From an uncultured Deinococcales bacterium (lineage in GTDB: Bacteria; Deinococcota; Deinococci; Deinococcales; JAAFIG01): 32,996 nucleotides of DNA. Below, piece by piece: positions 16,990 through 24,926 of the stretch (positions are counted from its first letter, which is position 1; every line of letters begins with the position of its first letter). A model generated the notes under the pieces. It made no database searches. It saw only the letters and a program-made list of their open reading frames with translations, and was not told the origin of the DNA. The position numbers and the translations under genes were made by a program. The DNA is taken from positions 1 to 32,996 of the forward strand of contig CAXTTL010000024.1 in NCBI GenBank assembly GCA_964247135.1, written 5' to 3'.

Positions 16990-17907
16990 ATGACTGCCAA
17001 TCGCAGACGAAACCGAAGCCAGAAATTTCCAGTTCACATCCTGGTGTTTCTTCTGCCAGCCGTGCTGATATACACGGCATTTATGATTTTTCCAATGCTA
17101 GATAGTTTGCGTTTGTCGCTGTTCTCGAGCGACGCCAAAAACGTGGTGCATTGGGTGGGACTCGAAAATTACCGTGAATTGCTGACCGATCCGACCCTAT
17201 CAAATCGTTTGTGGGGCGCGTTGAAGAACAACCTCGTATTTTTTGTAATTCACATGTGCGTGCAAAATCCGGTGGGGTTACTGCTGGCGTATCTGCTCAG
17301 CCTGAAAATTCGGGGCAGTGTTGTGTACCGCACCCTCATTTTTACGCCAACCGTGCTTTCGGTGGTGATTGTGGGTTTTGCTTGGAAACTGATTCTCAGC
17401 CCACTGTGGGGTATCTCGAGCAACATTCCGATCTTGAATTTAATGAATTTGGGTGTGGAAAATTCGGCGCTCATCACGCTGTCGCTGATTTCGGTCTGGC
17501 AGTACGTCGGCATCCCGATGATGCTTTTTTTGGCATCCATCATCCGCATTCCCGAAGAGTTTCTCGAGGCGGCGCGGGTGGACGGCGCGAACGCTTGGAC
17601 GGTGTTCTGGAAGATTCAATTTCCGTTGTTGCTGCCGACGGCTGGCATTGTTGGGGTGCTGACCTTTGTTGGAAATTTTAATGCTTTTGATCTGGTCTAC
17701 AGCGCCCAGGGTGCACTGGCGGGTCCAAGTTTTTCGACGGATTTGCTGGGCACGTTTTTTTACCGCACGTTTTTTGGCTTTCAACTTCAGGGCGGCGACC
17801 CGTTCTTGGGGTCAGCGGTGGCGGGCATCATGCTGGTGATTATTTTGCTCGGTGTTTTGATTTACCTGTTCGGTTTTCAACGTCGAATCGAGAACGTGGA
17901 ATTATGA
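16990..17907 (+). CDS. Sugar ABC transporter permease
   Basis: WVGLENY and EAARVDGA (EAA loop) motifs; about 6 TM segments. Confidence 0.93.
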   Translation: MTANRRRNRSQKFPVHILVFLLPAVLIYTAFMIFPMLDSLRLSLFSSDAKNVVHWVGLENYRELLTDPTLSNRLWGALKNNLVFFVIHMCVQNPVGLLLAYLLSLKIRGSVVYRTLIFTPTVLSVVIVGFAWKLILSPLWGISSNIPILNLMNLGVENSALITLSLISVWQYVGIPMMLFLASIIRIPEEFLEAARVDGANAWTVFWKIQFPLLLPTAGIVGVLTFVGNFNAFDLVYSAQGALAGPSFSTDLLGTFFYRTFFGFQLQGGDPFLGSAVAGIMLVIILLGVLIYLFGFQRRIENVEL

Positions 17908-18740
17908 ACCCTCGAGCCAAAACTTTTTTCTCCCACGCCGGCGTTCATACGGTATTGCTGATTTACACTTTCATTGCCCTATTCCCAACGCTGTTGATCG
18001 TCATGAATTCAATGAAAGCCAGACTCTCAATTTTTGGTGCGCCACTCGAGCCACCGCTGCCTTCCACTTTTGATTTGGTCGGCTATCAAACTGTGTTCTC
18101 AAACGCCCATTTTGAACAGTATTTTCTGAATTCTTTGATTGTCACCATCATCTCACTGGTCTTGATTTTAGGCTCGAGCGCGATGGCTTCGTTCGCGCTG
18201 GCAGAGTACAATTTTCGCGGCAATCCACTGCTCGGTATTTACCTGGCGATTGGCATCATGGTTCCGATTCGGCTCGGCACGGTCAGTTTGCTGAAAATGA
18301 TGGTGGCGCTCGGCATCAACAACACCTTGTTCGCCCTGATTCTGGTGTATGTCGCCAGCGGCATTCCGCTGGCAATTTTTGTGCTGACTGCCTTTTTCAA
18401 GACCATTCCCAAAGAACTCAAAGATGCAGGGCGCATCGACGGCGCGAGCGAATACCGCGTCTTCTGGCTGGTGCTGCCCTTGGTGCGCCCAGCCCTCGGT
18501 ACAGTCGCTATTTTCAACATGATTCCAGTCTGGAACGACCTTTGGTTTCCACTGATTTTGGCGCCGCTCGAGTCCACCAAAACCGTGATTTTGGGCGCTC
18601 AGGTGTTTCTGGGGCAGTTCATCAGCGATTGGAACGCTGTACTTGCCGCGTTAACCTTGGCGGTGCTGCCAATTTTGATCTTGTACATCATCTTCTCGAG
18701 GCAGTTGATTCGAGGCTTGACGCAGGGCGCGGTCAAGTAA
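17904..18740 (+). CDS. Carbohydrate ABC transporter permease
   Basis: YFLNS, IPKELKDAGRIDGA and WNDLWFPLI motifs; ATGA overlap with the upstream gene. Confidence 0.94.
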   Translation: MNPRAKTFFSHAGVHTVLLIYTFIALFPTLLIVMNSMKARLSIFGAPLEPPLPSTFDLVGYQTVFSNAHFEQYFLNSLIVTIISLVLILGSSAMASFALAEYNFRGNPLLGIYLAIGIMVPIRLGTVSLLKMMVALGINNTLFALILVYVASGIPLAIFVLTAFFKTIPKELKDAGRIDGASEYRVFWLVLPLVRPALGTVAIFNMIPVWNDLWFPLILAPLESTKTVILGAQVFLGQFISDWNAVLAALTLAVLPILILYIIFSRQLIRGLTQGAVK

Positions 18741-18756
18741 ACTCGAGCTTCAAAAG

Positions 18757-19791
18757 TTAGCTTGGCAAGGTTGGGGTTTTGGCAGCAAAACGCTTGTACA
18801 ACCACATTGGACCTGCGATCAAACCGGTCAAAACAAACACCAGCAAGTAATCAATCGCCGGAATCCGAATGATCTCGTTGAGTTTGCCCAAACCGCGTCC
18901 GCTGTAAACATAGACCACCGCAGCGCAGTACACGCCAATCAGCGCAAAACGCGCGATTCTCGAGAGTCCAAGTCCGTACATTTGCGTAATGATGAAAATT
19001 CCGCCAAAGCCAAACAAGAACATGGACCACAAGCCCTTGCCTTGCATCACCGCGACCAATGTGCCGTGAATTAAAACCAAGAATTCTTGCACAAACGTCC
19101 AGTATTTGTTGGTGTGAATGCGGGTGAAAAACAAACTGCCTTGCAGCATCAAGAAAAACATGTAAAAAAAGCCGATCAAATGCCCTGGGGTGGCTTCCAT
19201 CGGGTGATACCAGAACGTGTAAATGGCTACCCAGGAAAAGAAATAACCGTGATATTTTCTGACAAAATCCACGGCATCTTTTGCCAGGGGCGCTTTGGCG
19301 CCAAAGAACAAACCTCGGCGCGGATTTTCCATGATTAAAACAAACACCAACAGCACGATCACACTGCCCTGACTCGAGAAAATGGAGACATCTTGCGCCA
19401 GTCCGTCGTACCAAACATGGGTTTGCAGCAAATGCAGCACAATAAACGCCGCGTTTGCGCCGAGCGCCCAAATGTTAATTGGGTGTAAGCCGTTGGTGTA
19501 CTTTTTGACCTTGGTTTGGGCGTAAAAAATAAGTCCCCACGAAACCAACTGATGCGCCAAGTACAAACCCCAAGCCGAGGCTCGAGAAACAAAAGTCGGG
19601 TCAATGAGTTTCCAGTAGTAATCCGCCGCACCCGTGTCTGGGGCATGGGGAACGCTGGAAAGTCGGTTGCCGAGCGCCCAGATCAGCGCTGTAAATGCTG
19701 TACTGAAAGCAATGCCCAACCACATGGCGCTACTGCTGGACAACGGCGAGGGCTTGTTCCCTCGAGCGACGGGTTGTTGGGTTGTTTGCAT
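18757..19791 (-). CDS. Hypothetical polytopic membrane protein, His/aromatic-rich
   Basis: About 9-10 hydrophobic segments; TATAAT on the minus strand at 19823-19828; start codon uncertain. Confidence 0.8.
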   Translation of the reverse strand: MQTTQQPVARGNKPSPLSSSSAMWLGIAFSTAFTALIWALGNRLSSVPHAPDTGAADYYWKLIDPTFVSRASAWGLYLAHQLVSWGLIFYAQTKVKKYTNGLHPINIWALGANAAFIVLHLLQTHVWYDGLAQDVSIFSSQGSVIVLLVFVLIMENPRRGLFFGAKAPLAKDAVDFVRKYHGYFFSWVAIYTFWYHPMEATPGHLIGFFYMFFLMLQGSLFFTRIHTNKYWTFVQEFLVLIHGTLVAVMQGKGLWSMFLFGFGGIFIITQMYGLGLSRIARFALIGVYCAAVVYVYSGRGLGKLNEIIRIPAIDYLLVFVLTGLIAGPMWLYKRFAAKTPTLPS

Positions 19792-20032
19792 GGTCTTATG
19801 TTGGTTGGTTTGAGTGGTTGGAATTATAGTTTGGGCTACAAAGTGACGAAGCCAGCAAAACACGGGTTAAAACACAAATGGGTGTGCCAAGTGATGCTCG
19901 AGGGAATGCCACAGTATTTCTTCGACTGCGTTGAATTTTGCCGATTCACCTTTTAAAGCTCGAGCATGTAGGGCGGTACTTTCATCCAAAAATCTTAAAC
20001 CAAAACCCAATCCCGCCACTCGAGACAGCAAC

Positions 20033-20076
20033 AAAACACCCTTCTCTCTCACGAGAGATGGGCTGGGGATGAGAGG
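20033..20076 (-). repeat. ~45-nt palindromic dispersed repeat, copy 2 (diverged)
   Basis: Reverse complement reads CCTCTCATCCCCAG-CCCATCTCTC-gtga-GAGAGAAGGG-TGTTTT. Confidence 0.75.
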
Positions 20077-20151
20077 AGAAAAAGCACTTGTCTCTCGATC
20101 TCTCAAGCACAAAAAGCTTTTTTCTACTCTCGAGAACGGATGCTCCTGACG

Positions 20152-21822
20152 TCAGCGAAACGCACTCGCCCAAATTTGAGGTCCTGACAGATCAAAGACC
20201 GCGATGGCGTTACCCGCAGCATCAAAGGCAACTTGGTATGCGGTCACGCTATTGCTGGATACATTGGAACCAATGTCTGAGACTTTTACCGTATCTCCCC
20301 AACCAGTGTCTGTCGTGTAGCGCTTCGCCATAAGACCCCCATTAAGACCCCACGTGGCGATGGCATTACCATTGGCATCAACGGCAATCCGAGGGTCAAA
20401 ACCCTTTTGGGAACTGACGGTCTGGAGTACTTGGGGGGTACCCCAACCTTGCCCGAGAGGGTTGGTGTTTGTCCATATTTCTATGGCAGATGTTGTTAAA
20501 TTCTCCTGTATCCAGACCGCGATGGCGTTGCCGCCCGCATCAAGGGCAACCCTGCCAGTGTAGCTTTGTTTCGCATTTTCGGTCTTGATCGGCTGGGCTG
20601 TTCCCCAGCCACCCGAGGGCGTGTAGCGATTTGCCCAGACGTGATACGTGCCTTGGTTGCCAACCACAACAGATTGATTCCAGACCGCCATGACGTTACC
20701 GCTGGCATCGGCTGAAATGTCGGGTGTGTTCGCCTCGGATAACTCGTTTTCGATGGGGAATGCCACGTCCCAACCCGAAGTGGGTCTGTAAATATTTGCC
20801 CAAATGCTGTCATCAAAACCCCAGACCCCTTCGGATTGTATCCAAACCACGTGGGCGTTGCCTTGTGAGTCCATTACCACTTTGGGATTGTTGGCGGTGC
20901 CCTTGTTGTTGGTTTCGATCAACTCGGGGGTTGCCCAGCCTGTGCTTGGCGAGTACGAGTTTGCCCAGATGTTGGCTCGAGTACCATCATTTTGCGCCCA
21001 AACCGCGACGGCGCTGCCGCTTGGACTCATGGCGATCACTTGGTTTACGGCGTTGCGAATGGGTTCGGAATCTATTTCCTGGGCTTGACTCCAGCCGCTC
21101 AAAGGGGTGTAGCGACTGGCGAAGATGTCGCTGCGTGCGCTTACAGCATCCGTTTGACCCCAGACCACAATGGCGTGACCCATCTGATCGAGGGCGACTT
21201 GGGGAGCGTTGCGGTATTTTGGAGTTTGGGTTTCTACCTGCTGGGCGGTCCCCCAACCGGTCCCTGGCGTGTAGCGGTTTGCCCAGATGTGAGATTCTGT
21301 CGCGGTTGATTCAACCCAGACCGCCACGGCATTGCCGTCCTTGTCCATCGCAATCTGGGGTCCTTGGTGGCTCAAAGAACTTTTGTCGTCGATCTGCTCG
21401 ATGTTCTGCCAGGTTCCATCACGGGTCGTAAAATTCCAACTCGAGCCGGCGAAGGAATTGCCCGCCAGGTCGGTCAGTCCAGTCCCCAGGGTTGCCGTAT
21501 AGCTGGTTCTCAGGTTGAGGGTGGGATGCTCGAGATTGATGACATTACCGTTAGCGATGGAGGTGATGGGAACGGTTTTGTTGTCCTTGAGTTGCTTCAG
21601 TGTGACGTTCACACCAACTGTGGCTGCTGAAAGTGCCTCACTGAAGGTTGCCGAAATTGGACTGGAAATATCCACCAATTTTGCATCCTGCAACGGAACA
21701 GTCGCGCTGAGCGTGGGGGCGGTGGTATCCGAACTCGAGCCACCTGTACCATTGCATCCGATTAAAACCGTAACCAAGAGACTTAACACTGTGGTTCGCG
21801 CAATTGTCGCCATTGTTTTCAT
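20152..21822 (-). CDS. Lipoprotein with Ig-like (Big_5-type) domain and ~49-aa repeats (probable beta-propeller)
   Basis: Lipobox LIGC; DTTAPT...ATFSE...LTDLAGN...WNFTT; recurring DxxGNAxAVW...WANRYTPxxGW units. Confidence 0.85.
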   Translation of the reverse strand: MKTMATIARTTVLSLLVTVLIGCNGTGGSSSDTTAPTLSATVPLQDAKLVDISSPISATFSEALSAATVGVNVTLKQLKDNKTVPITSIANGNVINLEHPTLNLRTSYTATLGTGLTDLAGNSFAGSSWNFTTRDGTWQNIEQIDDKSSLSHQGPQIAMDKDGNAVAVWVESTATESHIWANRYTPGTGWGTAQQVETQTPKYRNAPQVALDQMGHAIVVWGQTDAVSARSDIFASRYTPLSGWSQAQEIDSEPIRNAVNQVIAMSPSGSAVAVWAQNDGTRANIWANSYSPSTGWATPELIETNNKGTANNPKVVMDSQGNAHVVWIQSEGVWGFDDSIWANIYRPTSGWDVAFPIENELSEANTPDISADASGNVMAVWNQSVVVGNQGTYHVWANRYTPSGGWGTAQPIKTENAKQSYTGRVALDAGGNAIAVWIQENLTTSAIEIWTNTNPLGQGWGTPQVLQTVSSQKGFDPRIAVDANGNAIATWGLNGGLMAKRYTTDTGWGDTVKVSDIGSNVSSNSVTAYQVAFDAAGNAIAVFDLSGPQIWASAFR

Positions 21823-22070
21823 GCGTCACTCCAGTCTTTGGAAAACCTTAAAACCCAACACCTAAAATCGAACCCTTGACGAGCAATCTCATACCTTCAA
21901 ACCCTCGAGCGTCTCTCGAGCTTCTGAGTATCATGGCGCTGGGTTGGTCATATGCTGGTCACAAAAGGTGCTGCCCCGAGTTTGTGGTATCTAGCAAGTT
22001 GCTCGTCTTGGTCTTATGATTTCTCTGCGCGATCACCCAAACTTTCTATCGTCAGAAACTCGAGGTTGTC

Positions 22071-23015
22071 TTGACCACTCACCGACTGGAATTAAACCGC
22101 CGTAGCCTTCACGGGCATTTTTCATCTGCCCTTCAGCCCGTGCTCGAGATTGATGCTGGCGATAGCGTGGAATTTGATCTGCTCGATGCGCGGTGGTATT
22201 TGGAGCGTCCAAATCTGGATGGTTCTGGAAAAAAGTTTGAACCCATGAACGCCGCCCTGGATGCGGGTCATGCGTTGTGTGGTCCCGTTTTGGTGCGCGG
22301 CGCAAAACCTGGCATGGCGCTTGAGGTGCGGGTGGATGCCTTGACCCCTGGCGCTTGGGGTTGGCAGGCGGCGGGCGGTTGGCAAAGCGAGATCAACGAA
22401 CGGCTTGGGTTGACCCAAAACCGAGGCTTTTTTATTTGGGACATTGACCTGGTGGCTGGACTGGCGCGTTTGCCCTTGGGGGCGGCTGTGCCGCTGGCTC
22501 CGTTCCTCGGGGTGATGGGGGTTGCCCCCGCCGAGGCTGGGAACCATTCGACCAGTCCACCTCGAGTGGTGGGTGGCAATTTGGATTGCCGTGAGTTGGT
22601 GGTGGGCAGCACCCTATTTTTGCCGATAGAAGTTGAGGGTGCGTTGTTCTCGACGGGTGACGGTCATGCGGCGCAAGGTGACGGCGAAGCCTCCGGCACG
22701 GCGATTGAATGCCCGATGCGAGCCAAGTTAACATTCAGTCTGCACGATGACTTTGAGCTGAAAAACCCCTATGCACTGACCCCTGCGGGCGAGATCACGT
22801 TTGGTCTTCACGAAAACCTCTGGGAGGCGAGCGCTCAGGCACTCGAGGGGATGATGGCGATTTTGGTTCGTCGGCACGGGGTTTCTAGCGAAGAGGCGTT
22901 TGCACTGATCAGTGCGGCGGTGGATTTGCGGGTCACGCAGATTGCCAACGGGGTGAATGGCGTTCATGCGTTATTGCGACCTGGTGTCATTCGGTGGCGC
23001 GACGGCGAAAAATGA
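22071..23015 (+). CDS. Acetamidase/formamidase family protein
   Basis: GHALCGPV, PFLGVMGVAP, GGNLD and GDGHAAQGDGE motifs; GAGG RBS before TTG. Confidence 0.93.
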   Translation: MTTHRLELNRRSLHGHFSSALQPVLEIDAGDSVEFDLLDARWYLERPNLDGSGKKFEPMNAALDAGHALCGPVLVRGAKPGMALEVRVDALTPGAWGWQAAGGWQSEINERLGLTQNRGFFIWDIDLVAGLARLPLGAAVPLAPFLGVMGVAPAEAGNHSTSPPRVVGGNLDCRELVVGSTLFLPIEVEGALFSTGDGHAAQGDGEASGTAIECPMRAKLTFSLHDDFELKNPYALTPAGEITFGLHENLWEASAQALEGMMAILVRRHGVSSEEAFALISAAVDLRVTQIANGVNGVHALLRPGVIRWRDGEK

Positions 23016-23159
23016 TTTTAAAATTTGTGGTGAAACCCCTTGCAATGCGGCTTTTCACCCGTGATTCTCGAGATGCGCAGGACAACTTTATCTCATACTT
23101 GCAGCAATTAAACCTTTGCCGTTTGTGAAAAACACGTAAAAAACCCGTTATTCCTGCGC

Positions 23160-23165
23160 TATACT
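23160..23165 (+). promoter_or_regulatory. -10 box of a probable leaderless promoter
   Basis: TATACT, 6 nt, then ATG 23172; no SD sequence. Confidence 0.65.
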
Positions 23166-23171
23166 CGGGTT

Positions 23172-24926
23172 ATGACTCAGGCGAACGCCACTTCCGACAC
23201 GGAACTCGAGGCTTTGCTTGAGCAGTTTGATGCCCTGATTGACCGTCAACCAGTTGATGCCCTGGGGTTGGCACAATCGGCGCTTTCGTTGGTAAAGACC
23301 GAACTCGAGCGCGGCAAGGTGTTGGTGCGCCTGGGTTGGGCACAGCGGGTGCTCTCCAAACTTCATGACGCCGAACTCCATAACACCGAGGCGCTAGCGA
23401 TTTTTGAGCGTTTGAACGACCTCGAGCATCACAGTTTGGCGCTGATTTTGGCTGGAACGATTGATGTTTTCACGGGGCATCGTGAACGGGCGTACCGGCA
23501 TCTGATCTTGGCGCTCGAGCAAAGCCGCGCGATTGGGCACCGCTTGTACGAGGCGCGGGCGTGCAATGCCTTGGGGGCATTGTTTGATTGGTACAGCAAC
23601 CCCAGTGTGGCGCTCGAATATTTGCTCGAGGCATTGCGTTTGATGCGTGAATTGGATGAGGTGATGCTCGAGAACATGACCTTATCGAACATCGGCGCAA
23701 TTTATTTCCGTCAAGGCGAGTACCAGAAGGCGCTGGAGTGCTATCACGAGGCTTTGGAAAACTTGCGTGATTTGAACGCTGGCACTTTGGTGGGCATCAC
23801 ACAGCTCAATATTGCTGAGAGTTTGATCAAGTTGGATCGGGCGGCGGACGCCGAGGCACTCTTACATTTTGCGCTTTTTGATACGCGTGCCAGCAAGCAC
23901 GTGGCGGCAGAAGTTTTTGCCCTGCGGACTTTGGGCGTTGCACAATTGGCACAACACAAGCTCGAGGCTGCCTTTGAGCAGTTCCAAGCGGCGTTAACCC
24001 TGGCAAACGAACACGAATTGTTCGAGGAGGCAGGCTTGGCAAATTTGGGCTGTGGGCAGGTCTTGTTGGCGCTGGGACGCGATGCCCAAGCCCTTATTGC
24101 GCTGACCAATGCCTCGTCAAGCTTGCAAGAGAGCAGCGCCGAGAATCAACTCGAGTTGTACCAAGCCTTGGTGAAAACCTACGAGCGACTCGGTGATTTT
24201 AAGGCGGCGCTCACGGTACAACGTCAATTTTCGGCGCTTGAGGGTCAGTACCGTGAAACCAACTCGCAACGTTACGTGCAAAGTCTCATGCTGCGTTTTG
24301 AACTGGCGCAAATGAAACAACAAACAGCCGTGACGCTCGAGCGCAACCGCGATTTGCAAGTCCTGGTGCAAGAAAAAGAGCGCTTGAGCGCCGAACTCGA
24401 GCGCCTGAGTTTGCAAGACCCGCTGACGGGTTTGTTCAACCGCAGGTATTTGGATTTGCATTTTCCCGAGTTGCTCGAGGTCTTCGGGGCGCGTCAAAGC
24501 CAGGTGGCGGTCGCCATGATCGACATCGATTTTTTCAAAACCGTCAACGATCAGTTTTCGCATTTGATTGGCGATGCGGTCTTGCGCCAAATTGGCGCGT
24601 TGTTGCAGCAAAACCTGCGACCGAGCGACATTGCCACGCGTTACGGCGGCGAAGAATTTTTGATTATTTTTCCTGGCGCGACGCTGGACGTGGCACACCT
24701 GCGCTGCGAGCAACTGCGGGCGGAGATTGAGCAATTTGATTGGCAACGCATTCACGCGCAGTTGCGGGTCACCATCAGCATTGGCTTGGTGGTTTCTCAG
24801 CCTTTTGAGAGCGTTCTGCACGTGCTCTCTCGAGCCGATGAATTACTTTACGCGGCAAAAACGGCTGGGCGCAACCGTGTGATCTCGAGCACTGCAGCTT
24901 TGAACGCTGGCAGAAATTTGCATTAA
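23172..24926 (+). CDS. TPR-containing diguanylate cyclase
   Basis: TPR repeats, DPLTGLFNRR, DIDFFKTVND, RPSD I-site and RYGGEEF active site. Confidence 0.94.
   Translation: MTQANATSDTELEALLEQFDALIDRQPVDALGLAQSALSLVKTELERGKVLVRLGWAQRVLSKLHDAELHNTEALAIFERLNDLEHHSLALILAGTIDVFTGHRERAYRHLILALEQSRAIGHRLYEARACNALGALFDWYSNPSVALEYLLEALRLMRELDEVMLENMTLSNIGAIYFRQGEYQKALECYHEALENLRDLNAGTLVGITQLNIAESLIKLDRAADAEALLHFALFDTRASKHVAAEVFALRTLGVAQLAQHKLEAAFEQFQAALTLANEHELFEEAGLANLGCGQVLLALGRDAQALIALTNASSSLQESSAENQLELYQALVKTYERLGDFKAALTVQRQFSALEGQYRETNSQRYVQSLMLRFELAQMKQQTAVTLERNRDLQVLVQEKERLSAELERLSLQDPLTGLFNRRYLDLHFPELLEVFGARQSQVAVAMIDIDFFKTVNDQFSHLIGDAVLRQIGALLQQNLRPSDIATRYGGEEFLIIFPGATLDVAHLRCEQLRAEIEQFDWQRIHAQLRVTISIGLVVSQPFESVLHVLSRADELLYAAKTAGRNRVISSTAALNAGRNLH

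Noticed and set aside
19867-19950. Possible IS630-like transposase remnant (KFNAVEEILWHSL resembles the NPIExxW motif)
   Set aside because: Too short, the spacing is off, and there are no other DDE motifs or terminal repeats; a tblastn/HMM search would be needed.
23016-23159. c-di-GMP riboswitch near the GGDEF gene
   Set aside because: Only a GGCAAA fragment on the minus strand and a weak hairpin; the conserved two-stem architecture is absent.
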